Assembly (NCBI GenBank): GCA_965203175.1
Contig: OZ241867.1
Coordinates: 2,720,001 to 2,784,000 of the forward strand
Length of the DNA stretch: 64,000 bases
Origin: Candidatus Latescibacterota bacterium
Lineage (GTDB): Bacteria; Latescibacterota; UBA2968; UBA8231
Direction of reading: 5' to 3'
The notes below the pieces were generated by a model. It was given only the letters and a program-made list of their open reading frames with translations. It was not told the origin of the DNA and ran no database searches. This document shows positions 50,545-59,250 of this stretch, piece by piece (the stretch's first letter is position 1; every line of letters begins with the position of its first letter). The translations under genes were made by a program, and so were the position numbers.

Positions 50545-50960
50545 ATGGTAACTGTGCTGATTGACGACCTTGACAAGCGGGTGGTGGCAGATGCTGGGGC
50601 AGGAGACTCACAACGGCGGGCGACAAGCCGTCGCGGCCTTAGGGGGTTGGATATCGGGCACCGGGTTCGACTATGGCAACGGCAAGACCATGTATCCGCC
50701 AAACCCCAGGATGGCTGGCACCGGACTGGAGCGGTGCTTTTGGCCATGGCTACTGCCCTTGTCATCGCTGTGACTGCACGCGCTGAATACGACCCGCCGA
50801 TTACCACACTCGTGACGAATACGCTGCAATCTTCAGGATCATACAGGATTGTAACTCTGTGTGAGAGTCAGGACGGACTGTATCAGGGGTTTAGAACCGG
50901 CCCGAAGTAGGGCGGGTATGAACTGACGGATATCTCCCTCTATGCGCGAGATGCGAAATG
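50545..50960 (+). pseudogene. Truncated secreted surface protein (choice-of-anchor-R-like start) with an in-frame TAG at 50908-50910
   Basis: Extended signal ...AVTARA, then TTLVTNTLQ...YQGFRTGPK*GGYELTDISLY; the sequence then runs into an opposite-strand AKR fragment. Confidence 0.55.
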
Positions 50961-50961
50961 G

Positions 50962-51073
50962 GTCTGCGGCATGCCTCATCTCGTCCACGGTCACCCGCGC
51001 TGGAGACGTACAGGCCGCCCATGCCCAGCACACTGACCTCAAGGCCCGTGCGGCCGAGCGTTCCTTTTTCCAT
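50962..51073 (-). pseudogene. N-terminal fragment of an aldo/keto reductase
   Basis: MEKGTLGRTGLEVSVLGMGGLYVSS...DEACR, after which the family resemblance is lost. Confidence 0.7.
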
Positions 51074-51097
51074 CTTGGTTCCTAATCTCACCTTGTC

Positions 51098-52225
51098 TTA
51101 CTCTGCGGGCACCAGCCGCAAAATTCGCCCTGGATCTTCCACAGCGAGATAGATCGCGCCATCCGGCCCGGTCTGCACGTCGCGCATCCGCGACTCGCCT
51201 TGGTACACGATCTCATCGCGTATCACCTCTGTGCCCGCCAAGCGCAGCCGGTGCAGCCGGTTGAAGCGCAGCGAGGTTACCAGTAGGTCGTTTTGCCAGT
51301 TGCCGAAGTGCTCGCCGGTGTAAAAGTCAATGCCGCAGACTGCTATCGACGGCACCCAATAGGTCTGCGGTTGCTCCATGCCGTCGGCGTGGGTTTGGTC
51401 GGTGATGGGCGTGCCGTCGTAGTTGATGCCGTAGGTAATGACCGGCCAGCCGTAGTTTAGGCCGCGGCGCACGAGGTTGAGTTCGTCGCCGCCTTTGGGG
51501 CCGTGCTCGGCTATCCACAGTTGGTCGGTCTCTGGGTGCAGGGCCATTCCCTGCGGGTTGCGGTGGCCGTAAGACCAGATCGACGCAATGGCTCCGTTGC
51601 TCCCACCAAAAGGGTTGTCGGACGGGACGCCGCCGCCGTCGTGCAAGCGGTGGATTTTGCCGTGGGGCCACTTCACGTTCTGGGCGAGGGGCCGCTGGCC
51701 GCGGTCGCCGATTGCAAAGTACAGGTAGCCCTCGCGGTCGAAGACGATGCGCGAGCCGTAGTGGTGGGAGTGCCGAGTGTAGAATTGATCCGGGACGCGA
51801 TAAACCACTTCCACATCGACCAGCTCTTCGTCTTGCAGCCGTCCGCGGCTGATGGCCGTATAGCTCAGCATACCGCCTAGGGGCCCGGGCAGCGGATCCG
51901 AGTAACTGAGGTAAATCCAGCCGGTCTCCGCGTATTGGGGGTGCAAGGCCACGTCCATTAGCCCGCCCTGTCCCCTGGCGCGCACCTTGGGCACGCCGTC
52001 GATGGGTGGCGAGACCGCGCCATCGATGCCGACAATGCGCAGCCGTCCCTCGCGCTCGGTGACCAACAAGTGTCCATCGGGCAGAAAAGCAAGGCCCCAC
52101 GGCACGCCCAAGCCGGTGGCGAAGGTCTCGACGCGAAAGGTGTGTTCCTCGGATTGGACGATCTGTTGGGCCGCGCTGTCTCCTGCAATGGCGAGGATGC
52201 AAACTAGATAGATACTGTACCGCAT
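51098..52225 (-). CDS. PQQ-dependent soluble aldose sugar dehydrogenase (GSDH)
   Basis: Signal peptide; PWGLAFLPDG, GQGGLMDVALHP, HYGSR, SYGHRNPQG, EHGPKGGDE, NYGWP. Confidence 0.9.
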   Translation of the reverse strand: MRYSIYLVCILAIAGDSAAQQIVQSEEHTFRVETFATGLGVPWGLAFLPDGHLLVTEREGRLRIVGIDGAVSPPIDGVPKVRARGQGGLMDVALHPQYAETGWIYLSYSDPLPGPLGGMLSYTAISRGRLQDEELVDVEVVYRVPDQFYTRHSHHYGSRIVFDREGYLYFAIGDRGQRPLAQNVKWPHGKIHRLHDGGGVPSDNPFGGSNGAIASIWSYGHRNPQGMALHPETDQLWIAEHGPKGGDELNLVRRGLNYGWPVITYGINYDGTPITDQTHADGMEQPQTYWVPSIAVCGIDFYTGEHFGNWQNDLLVTSLRFNRLHRLRLAGTEVIRDEIVYQGESRMRDVQTGPDGAIYLAVEDPGRILRLVPAE

Positions 52226-52293
52226 GTATTTTTTAAACCTTTGGTCAGATAGCTATCCCATAAATGCTAGCGCCCGCATTCGCTCGGTGGGGA

Positions 52294-52650
52294 TTAATGG
52301 GATTGTGCGCGCTCGGCCTCCCGCATCAGGCGCACCAACGCGTCGATTTGGGCTGTGTCCATCACGGCACCAAACCCGGGCATGCCGTCCTCGGGAATCC
52401 CCACGGCAATGCTTGCGAAGATGGCTGAGTCGCTTGCGCCGTAATCCCAGCGGCCGTCAATCAGGCTGCTGGCCATACCTCCGTCCATGGCGGGACCGTG
52501 GCAGTCGGCACAGTAGTAGGTGTAGTGGGCCGTTGCCATTGCCGTGGTTGGCGATTCTGCTGGCGGAGGCTGCCGGCCCCAACTGCCGCAGCAAACCATG
52601 CTCAGGGACAGGCTGCAAAAGAATGCGCGCCGCCATGCGCTAGCGGTCAT
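52294..52650 (-). CDS. Monoheme c-type cytochrome
   Basis: CADCH heme motif, GMPGF axial Met, N-terminal signal/lipoprotein-like segment. Confidence 0.82.
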   Translation of the reverse strand: MTASAWRRAFFCSLSLSMVCCGSWGRQPPPAESPTTAMATAHYTYYCADCHGPAMDGGMASSLIDGRWDYGASDSAIFASIAVGIPEDGMPGFGAVMDTAQIDALVRLMREAERAQSH

Positions 52651-52658
52651 GCGGGACG

Positions 52659-53996
52659 TTACAGCACTTGCACCACCTCGCGCACCCCCTGAACCAGCGC
52701 GTCGATGTGGTGAGTCTCGGTCGCCAGTGATATGTTGCCGCCCGTCCGCGTGTATATCCCCCTATTGAGCAGAGCAAAGAACAGCCAACGGTGCATCTGC
52801 GCGTCGTCCTGCGCTGCTTCGCGGAAGTTGCGCGGCGGCTGTTCGAGGAAATACAGCCGGAATATAGACCCGGCCACGACCACCTGCACGGCGACACCAG
52901 CCTCGCCAAACGCAGCCTGCAATCCTTCCGCTGCCTGCCGCGCTAGCCCTTCCATCTGCTCGTAGGCCTCTGGAGTCAGCGCTTGGAGCGTCTGCAAGCC
53001 GGCGGCTAGGGCGATGGGATTGGCGTTGAAGGTCCCGGACTGTTGAATCTGCGGCCCGTCGGCTGGATCGTATAGGTCCATGGCCTCGGCGCGGCCGCCG
53101 AAGGCCGCACCGGGCGTCCCACCGGCGATTACCTTGCCCAAACAGATCAGATCGGGCCGCACTTGATAGGCCGTATGCGTCCCACCTGGGCCGAAGCGGA
53201 AGCTGACGATTTCGTCGAAGATCAGTAGGGCCCCGGCGCGGGTGGTTGCGTCGCGCAGATCCGATAAAAAACCGGGCTCTGGCAGCGCCAGCCCGGCGGC
53301 TGTAGAGAGCGGATCCACGATCACGGCGGCCAGTTCGTGGGCGCAGTCGCCAATGATCTCGGCGCAGGTCGCCGCGTCGTTGAACGGCAACACGACCACG
53401 TCGTCGAGGGTGTGGGCCATCAGTCCGGCCGAAGAGGCCACGCCCTGCGGCTTGTTAGCTGGCCCCAACTCCGGTCCCAGCGGCGGCAAGTAACTCACTA
53501 GCGCGCTGTCGTCTATGCCGTGATAGGCTCCCTCGAATTTGGCGACCTTGGTGCGCCCAGTATGTGCCCGTGCCACGCGCAAGGCGTTGAGCACGGCCTC
53601 GGTGCCCGAGGAGCAAAAGCGCACTTTCTCCAGTGCGGGCATGCGCGCGCGGAGTGCTTCGGCCATTTCCACTTCGAGGGCGAGGGGCCGCGAAAACCCA
53701 GTGCCGAGGGCGATTTGTTCCTGCAGGGCAGTGACGATGGCGGGATGGGCGTGGCCCAAGGGCAGGGCCGTGTTGTTGTTGACGAAGTCGGTCAGGCGGT
53801 GGCCGTCGATGTCGTAGAGATAGGCCCCCTCGCCGCGGTCGGCGTATAGGGGAAAAGGGTCAATGTGGACGCCAGTGCGGGTGTTGCCGCCCGGCAACGA
53901 TTGCTTGGCTCGCGCAAACATCGCTTGCGAGCGAGGATTGCGCGCTGCGTACGCCGCGATTTCCTCGTCGAGCAAAGCCTTGATTTCTCGTGCCAT
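52659..53996 (-). CDS. Class III aminotransferase (glutamate-1-semialdehyde aminomutase-like)
   Basis: LPGGNTR, SSGTEA, FEGAYHG, LIFDEI, LGKVIAGG, SGTFNANP. Confidence 0.85.
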   Translation of the reverse strand: MAREIKALLDEEIAAYAARNPRSQAMFARAKQSLPGGNTRTGVHIDPFPLYADRGEGAYLYDIDGHRLTDFVNNNTALPLGHAHPAIVTALQEQIALGTGFSRPLALEVEMAEALRARMPALEKVRFCSSGTEAVLNALRVARAHTGRTKVAKFEGAYHGIDDSALVSYLPPLGPELGPANKPQGVASSAGLMAHTLDDVVVLPFNDAATCAEIIGDCAHELAAVIVDPLSTAAGLALPEPGFLSDLRDATTRAGALLIFDEIVSFRFGPGGTHTAYQVRPDLICLGKVIAGGTPGAAFGGRAEAMDLYDPADGPQIQQSGTFNANPIALAAGLQTLQALTPEAYEQMEGLARQAAEGLQAAFGEAGVAVQVVVAGSIFRLYFLEQPPRNFREAAQDDAQMHRWLFFALLNRGIYTRTGGNISLATETHHIDALVQGVREVVQVL

Positions 53997-54063
53997 GATT
54001 CATCCTTGTCTGAGGGGCTACGAATTTCGCTGGGCGAAGGAAGGAGTGCCGGAAGGAAAGTGG

Positions 54064-54141
54064 TGGTCGGGGTGGTCGGATTCGAACCGACGACATCCTG
54101 CTCCCAAAGCAGGTGCGCTGACCGGACTGCGCCACACCCCG
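54064..54141 (-). tRNA. tRNA-Pro (anticodon TGG)
   Basis: CGGGGTGTGGCGCAGTCCGGTCAGCGCACCTGCT-TTGGGA-GCAGG...GGTTCGAATCC...CCCCGACCA with encoded CCA. Confidence 0.97.
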
Positions 54142-54188
54142 ACTCACTGCAAAAAATAGAGATAGCTATAGACGATGGCAATAACGGC

Positions 54189-55004
54189 TCAGGGGCGGTG
54201 GGTGTTAATGGCATCGCGCAGGGTTAGGGTCGCCTGCCGTGCTGCAGCCGCGAAATCGCTGCCTTGGGAGGCGTAGAGGATGCCGCGCGAGGAGTTGATG
54301 AGGATACCCGCCCCTTGGGCGTCGCAGCCGTTTTTGACCGCCAACTCTACAGAGCCGCCTTGTGCGCCGACTCCAGGTATCAGCAAGGGTATGTCCGGCG
54401 CTAGGGAGCGGAAGTGAGCCAAGTGCTCGGGTTGAGTCGCGCCGACGACTAGGCCGATGTTGTTGGCGGCGTTCCACTCGTGGGCCTTGGCAATGACGCG
54501 CTCGTACAGGGGCTGGTCGCCTAGATGGTTCTTCTGAAAATCGTCGGCACCGGGGTTGGAGGTCAGGCAGACGAGAAAGGTGGTGCGGTCTTGGTACGCG
54601 GTGAAGGGCGCGACGCAGTCGCGGCCCAAATAGGGAGTCACTGTCAGCGCGTCGCAGCCGAGGACCTCGTAGAAGGCGCGGGCGTATTGCTCGGCGGTGT
54701 TACCCATGTCGCCGACCTTGGCGTCGATGAGTACCGGGATGTCTGGGGGAATGTGGTCAAGGGTGCGTTTGAGCGTGGCAAAGCCGTCCGCGCCGAGGGC
54801 GTTGTAGAAAGCGAAGTTGGGTTTGTAGCAGCAGACGAGGTCGCAAGTGGCGTCGACGATTTGTTGGTTGAAGTAGAGGACGGGATCGGCTTTGGCGCGG
54901 ACGCAGGCGGGCAGTTGAGCGGGATCGGTGTCTAGCCCGACGCAGACCAGCGAGTTATTCCCGCGGATCGCTTGATTCCATTTCTCCGTAAAGCTCAAAC
55001 TCAT
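54189..55004 (-). CDS. pyrF: Orotidine-5'-phosphate decarboxylase
   Basis: VCVGLD, YKPNFAF, DAKVGDMGNT, LTSNPG, GLVVGAT, LIPGVGAQGG, NSSRGI. Confidence 0.95.
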   Translation of the reverse strand: MSLSFTEKWNQAIRGNNSLVCVGLDTDPAQLPACVRAKADPVLYFNQQIVDATCDLVCCYKPNFAFYNALGADGFATLKRTLDHIPPDIPVLIDAKVGDMGNTAEQYARAFYEVLGCDALTVTPYLGRDCVAPFTAYQDRTTFLVCLTSNPGADDFQKNHLGDQPLYERVIAKAHEWNAANNIGLVVGATQPEHLAHFRSLAPDIPLLIPGVGAQGGSVELAVKNGCDAQGAGILINSSRGILYASQGSDFAAAARQATLTLRDAINTHRP

Positions 55005-56040
55005 ATTCCATTCCCTCTAATATGAAAGTGTCAGTATAGGTAGAATCGAAATAGATAGAATCGAAGGCCGCTGGCTTGGGACCAAGGAGGAAGGTCACCC
55101 TGCCTTGGCGCAAGAAGTCGCCGGCCTCGTCGGCTTGTAGCACTTGCACCGCATCGAAGTTGTCGAGGATGGCGTCGCCTGAGTAGCGACCGGCCGTGCC
55201 CGTGGCCCTGACGACGAAAGGGTTGGCCTCCTCACCGCCGAGCCGTTCACTTGTGTAGGCGCGGTCGATGTCGTCGTCATAGCCTGCGACTCCGTAGGTC
55301 GTGGTGAGGCTGCGGTCCACGGTAGCCGCGCCGTGAATCACGTGTCCCTCTGCGCTGAGCACTCGCGGCGCTATGCTTGGTTGTAGCCCGAGGCCGCGGA
55401 CGTCGATGAGCAGACCGGTGTAGGGTGCTTCGGGCACGAAAAATACAAGTTCATCTGCTGCGAGTGAATCGGCGGTGGCTGGTGCTGCGAGTGAATCGGC
55501 GATGATTGGCATTGCAAGCGAATCGGCTATGGCTGGTGTTGTCAGCGAATCGGCAGTAGCGGGCACTGTGGGAAAATCGTCGAAATGGCTCAGGTCGTGT
55601 AATCTTGGGTCTATGGGCTCGACCTCGGGCAGCACTGCAGCCGCGAAATCGCCTAGCAGAAGCATTCGCACGGCGATGCGATAGAGTCCTTGGGCCTCGC
55701 TTTGCGAACCAATGGCCACGCGGGCGAGTTCTCGAAAATCGCGCTCGGGGCCAGCATCTTGCAGTTGGGTATCGGCGTTGAGGCGTACTTGGCCGATTAG
55801 TTCGCGCATGTTGCGAAATGCCGCGTCTCGAGCATTGCGCAACCCGTGGAGCCGCTGCTGCACGGGGTCGGTGACAGCCGTGGGCGAGGTTCCGTCGCCA
55901 TAGGCAAAGAGCGCGTGTTGCGTCCAGTCGATATAGCCTTCGGCTCGCTGCGAGACCAAAGGCTCGATCGCATCGCGCTCGGGCTGTTGGGCAGGAAGCC
56001 GCGCGGCAATCAACACTAGCGCGGCGATGAGAGGGAACAT
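54955..56040 (-). CDS. Exported hypothetical protein (LPP20-associated-like) with internal 9-aa repeats
   Basis: Signal peptide; GYIDWT, YTGLLIDVRGLGLQPSIAPRVL. Confidence 0.6.
   Translation of the reverse strand: MFPLIAALVLIAARLPAQQPERDAIEPLVSQRAEGYIDWTQHALFAYGDGTSPTAVTDPVQQRLHGLRNARDAAFRNMRELIGQVRLNADTQLQDAGPERDFRELARVAIGSQSEAQGLYRIAVRMLLLGDFAAAVLPEVEPIDPRLHDLSHFDDFPTVPATADSLTTPAIADSLAMPIIADSLAAPATADSLAADELVFFVPEAPYTGLLIDVRGLGLQPSIAPRVLSAEGHVIHGAATVDRSLTTTYGVAGYDDDIDRAYTSERLGGEEANPFVVRATGTAGRYSGDAILDNFDAVQVLQADEAGDFLRQGRVTFLLGPKPAAFDSIYFDSTYTDTFILEGMEYEFELYGEMESSDPRE
55457..55565 (-). repeat. 27-bp coding tandem repeat x4 (PxxADSL)
   Basis: GAATCGGC recurs at 55466, 55493, 55520, 55547; protein PATADSLTTPAIADSLAMPIIADSLAAPATADSL. 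Confidence 0.85.
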
Positions 56041-56091
56041 ATAGCTCTCCAGAGAAAGAAAAATCACCCGGAGCCGCCGGGCCCCGGGTGT

Positions 56092-56467
56092 GGGAGGAGT
56101 GAGTCTATAAGCCGAGTTCTGTCCACGCACCTGAAGTGCGCTGTGCGGGCATTCATCTGGGGCGGCGGTTGCCCGGCCGCCTCGGTGCAGCTTACCCGGG
56201 AATATAGCGAGGCGGACCACCTCTTTTCCCCTACTTAGCCTTGCTCCGGATGAGGTTTACCCTGCCACCTGCGTCGCCGCAGGTGCGGTGAGCTCTTACC
56301 TCGCCTTTTCAACCTTACCCAGCAAGCTGGGCGGTGTGTTTTCTGTGGCACTGTCTGTGGGGTTGCCCCCCCTGGGCGTTACCCAGCATCCTGTCCTGTG
56401 GAGCTCGGACTTTCCTCACCAGCGGCCGCTAGGAGCCGCTAGCGCGCCCGCCCAACTTACTCCTCCC
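56092..56467 (-). ncRNA. rnpB: RNase P RNA (type A)
   Basis: GAGGAAAGTCCGAGCTCC near the 5' end, GGTAAACCTCATCCGGAGCAAG, ACAGAACTCGGCTTAT near the 3' end; P1 pairing GGGAGGAGT/ACTCCTCCC. Confidence 0.95.
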
Positions 56468-56471
56468 AAAG

Positions 56472-57191
56472 TTAAACCGACTGCTCGTCCCAAACCATAA
56501 TGGTGCCGCAACTTTCGCAGTAGATGACGCGGTTGCCGAGGCGAACCTCATTGCGAACTTGGGCGGGCATCTGGTGGTAACAAGCGCCGCAAGCTCCCTT
56601 GCGCACGGCTGCGACGCGAATCCCGCGCCGCCCTTTTCTGCGCTCGTATATCTGCAGTAATTGGGCATCGATGTCCTCGATGCTCTTGGCAACCATCTGC
56701 CGACTTGCTACGACGTCGTCGATTTGTTCCTGCATGGTGCCGAGCTGGCCTTCGAGTTCGTCAATGCGCTCTTGCTCGGCCTCGCGGACCTCCTCAAAAG
56801 CGCTTTGCTCTTCGTCGACCTGTTCCTGAATTCGCTCTAGGCCTTCAATGGCTTTGATCGACTGCATCTCGTGTTCGGCAATGGTCTGTTTGCAAATCTC
56901 GATCTCGAGTTGGAGGGAATCGTATTCCTTGTTGGTGGTCACTACGGCAAAGCGCTCCTCGCGCTCGCGCAGGGTGGCCTTGCCACTTTCGATCTCGCGC
57001 TCGCAGTGCCGCTGTTGCTTTTCGAACTCCGCGCTCTGGTCCTCTAGATTGCTCAAGACGGACCGCGCTTTTGTTATCCTGCCGCGACGCAGGTCGATTT
57101 CAGCGGGATATTTTTCTTTGGCCTCTTCCAGTTCGAAAAGTCTTTTATCGACTTCTTGGAGCTTCAACAGTTGCAGCAAACCCTCTTTCAT
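56472..57191 (-). CDS. Coiled-coil protein with a C4-type zinc ribbon (zf-RING_7)
   Basis: LLKLQEVD, TNKEYDSL, CGACY...CESCG; commonly located next to rnpB. Confidence 0.88.
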   Translation of the reverse strand: MKEGLLQLLKLQEVDKRLFELEEAKEKYPAEIDLRRGRITKARSVLSNLEDQSAEFEKQQRHCEREIESGKATLREREERFAVVTTNKEYDSLQLEIEICKQTIAEHEMQSIKAIEGLERIQEQVDEEQSAFEEVREAEQERIDELEGQLGTMQEQIDDVVASRQMVAKSIEDIDAQLLQIYERRKGRRGIRVAAVRKGACGACYHQMPAQVRNEVRLGNRVIYCESCGTIMVWDEQSV

Positions 57192-57220
57192 GCGGCCTCT
57201 CGTTTCCCATGGCACCGACC

Positions 57221-57254
57221 AAAGAAAAAGAGTGCATCTGAGATGATGCACTCT
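57221..57254 (-). terminator. Intrinsic terminator/attenuator 30 nt upstream of the zinc-ribbon gene
   Basis: 10-bp stem AGAGTGCATC/GATGCACTCT, 6-nt loop, then TTTTCTTT on the minus strand. Confidence 0.7.
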
Positions 57255-57392
57255 AATGAATCGTATGAGCTTCTGCTGACGAACAAACACTCTGTGTTGC
57301 AGGTAAACCCAGTATGTCGCGTCATCAGCAGCTTGTGGTTATCGGTTGCAGTAAATAAGTTTCACTTAATTACGGGCATTTGGATGCGACGG

Positions 57393-58340
57393 TCAAGAGA
57401 GCAGCGCCCGCGCCGTCTGCGCGACGTGCCCGGGGGTCAGACCGTATTTTTGCAGTAGATCCTCGTTAGGTGCGGATTCGCCGAATACGTCGCGGATGCC
57501 AACGCGCCGCATGGGTGTGGGGTGCTGCTCTCCTAGCACTTCGGCGACAGCGCCGCCCAAGCCGCCGATGATCGTGTGGTCTTCGGCCGTTACTACGCGG
57601 CCCGTCTGCGCGGCCGCGGCGACAATGGCGTCTGCGTCGAGTGGTTTGAGGGTCGGCACGTGCAGGACGAGTGCCGAGATTCCCTCGCGCGCCAATTCGT
57701 CGGCTGCGGCGAGGCAGCGCGGGGTTTGGGCCCCCGTGGATATAAGGGCGATGTCCGTGCCCTCGCGCACGACAAAGGCGCGGCCTAGCTCAAACTCGTA
57801 GTCGGTCGGAAAGATGACCGGCTCTGGGTCGCGCGTCATGCGTACGTACACGGGGCCGGGCAGGTCATTGGCCACCAGCATACAAGCGCGGACCTCTACG
57901 GCGTCGGCCGGGGCTAAGACGGTCATGTTCGGCATGGCCCGCATGACGGAGATGTCGGCGACTTCTTGATGGGTTTTGCCGGTTTTGCCAGTCAATAGGC
58001 CCGAGTAGGCGCCGCAGAGTTTGACCGGCAGGTTGGGTTGGGCGACGACGACGCGAAGCTGGTCGAGGGCGCGGTTGACGATAAAGCAGGCGAAGCTGCT
58101 CAGCCACGGTACGAGGCCGCAGGTGGCCATGCCAGCGGCGACGCCCATCATGTTTTGCTCGGCAATGCCCATTTCGAGGAAGCGCCCGGGCCGCTCGCGG
58201 GAGACTTTGTCGGCCTTGGTCGAGTTGGCCAAATCGCCATCGAGCACGTACACGCGTGGGTCGCGGTCAATGAGTTCGATGAGCGCGTCGCCAAAAGCGT
58301 CGCGCTGGGCCAGCATCTCGCTGGTGGTGGAAAGGTTCAC
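57393..58340 (-). CDS. Transketolase C-terminal subunit
   Basis: DGDLANST, EMGIAEQN, GKTHQ, AEDHTIIGGLG. Confidence 0.9.
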   Translation of the reverse strand: MNLSTTSEMLAQRDAFGDALIELIDRDPRVYVLDGDLANSTKADKVSRERPGRFLEMGIAEQNMMGVAAGMATCGLVPWLSSFACFIVNRALDQLRVVVAQPNLPVKLCGAYSGLLTGKTGKTHQEVADISVMRAMPNMTVLAPADAVEVRACMLVANDLPGPVYVRMTRDPEPVIFPTDYEFELGRAFVVREGTDIALISTGAQTPRCLAAADELAREGISALVLHVPTLKPLDADAIVAAAAQTGRVVTAEDHTIIGGLGGAVAEVLGEQHPTPMRRVGIRDVFGESAPNEDLLQKYGLTPGHVAQTARALLS

Positions 58341-59203
58341 AGCGCCGTCTCCTGCGCGGCGAGTTCGTCCTGCGCTTGTTTGAGGTCTTGGTCGGTCACT
58401 GGCTTGGAGTGCCAGTTGAAGTCGTTTTCCATGTAGGAGATTCCTTTGCCCTTGACCGTGCGGGCGACGATGATGGTGGGTTGGCCGCGGTGTGCCTTGG
58501 CCTCGGCAAAGGCCGCGAAAATGGCGGGGAAGTCGTGGCCGTCGGTTTCGATGGCGTTCCAGCCAAAGGCACGCCAGCGGCTGAGGGGATTTTCCTGCGC
58601 TGCCAAGCGGTCGAGTACGTCGTAGCCCTTTTCAGTGGCCCAACCGTATTGCTGGAGACCGTTCCAGTCGAGGATGGCGGTGAGATTGTCGAGGCCGTAG
58701 CGCGCTGCGACAAAGGCCGCCTCCCAGATCTGCCCCTCCTGCGAGTCGCCGTCGCCGATCATCACCCAAGTGCGAAAGTCCTGTCCCTTCAGCCGGGCGG
58801 CGAGGGCCATGCCGAGGCCGGGCGACAGGCCCTGGCCCAGTGAGCCGGTGGACATGTCGAGGCCGGGGAGGACGCTCATGTCCGGGTGGCCCTGGAGGCG
58901 AGAGTCAATGGCGTCAAAGGTGGCGAGTTCCGCAATGGGTAGGTAGCCGCGCAGGGCCAAAGCCGCGTAGAGGCCGATCGAGGAATGCCCCTTGGATAGA
59001 ATGAAGCGATCGCGATCTGCGTCGCGGGGTTGGGCCGGGTCGATGTTTAGCTCGGCGAAGTACAGAGCGATGAGTATCTCGGCCGCAGACATAGGGCCGC
59101 CCAAGTGGCCGGCTCCAGCGTGGTGTACCGACTCGACGACTAGGCGGCGCAATTGGATGGCATAGCGCTTTAGCTCGGCGTGGCGCTCGCGCGTCAGGCT
59201 CAT
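58337..59203 (-). CDS. Transketolase N-terminal (ThDP-binding) subunit
   Basis: GHLGG, DRFILSKGH, LQGHP, STGSLGQG, GDGDSQEG, TVKGKG. Confidence 0.92.
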   Translation of the reverse strand: MSLTRERHAELKRYAIQLRRLVVESVHHAGAGHLGGPMSAAEILIALYFAELNIDPAQPRDADRDRFILSKGHSSIGLYAALALRGYLPIAELATFDAIDSRLQGHPDMSVLPGLDMSTGSLGQGLSPGLGMALAARLKGQDFRTWVMIGDGDSQEGQIWEAAFVAARYGLDNLTAILDWNGLQQYGWATEKGYDVLDRLAAQENPLSRWRAFGWNAIETDGHDFPAIFAAFAEAKAHRGQPTIIVARTVKGKGISYMENDFNWHSKPVTDQDLKQAQDELAAQETAL

Positions 59204-59250
59204 AGAAGGTCTCCTTTTTGCGGCTCGTTAAGGTAGGAACCGGCGTGGCG

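Noticed and set aside
50908-50910. In-frame TAG as pyrrolysine or programmed read-through
   Set aside because: The gene is also truncated about 50 bp later and no pyl genes are in view; a nonsense mutation in a pseudogene is simpler.
54064-54141. tRNA-Pro as an integration site for a prophage or island
   Set aside because: No integrase and no duplicated tRNA 3' end noticed in the window.
55950-56220. Upstream extension of the 421-aa ORF to 56220
   Set aside because: The extension overlaps rnpB; ATG 56040 with a GGAGAG RBS and signal peptide is the plausible start.
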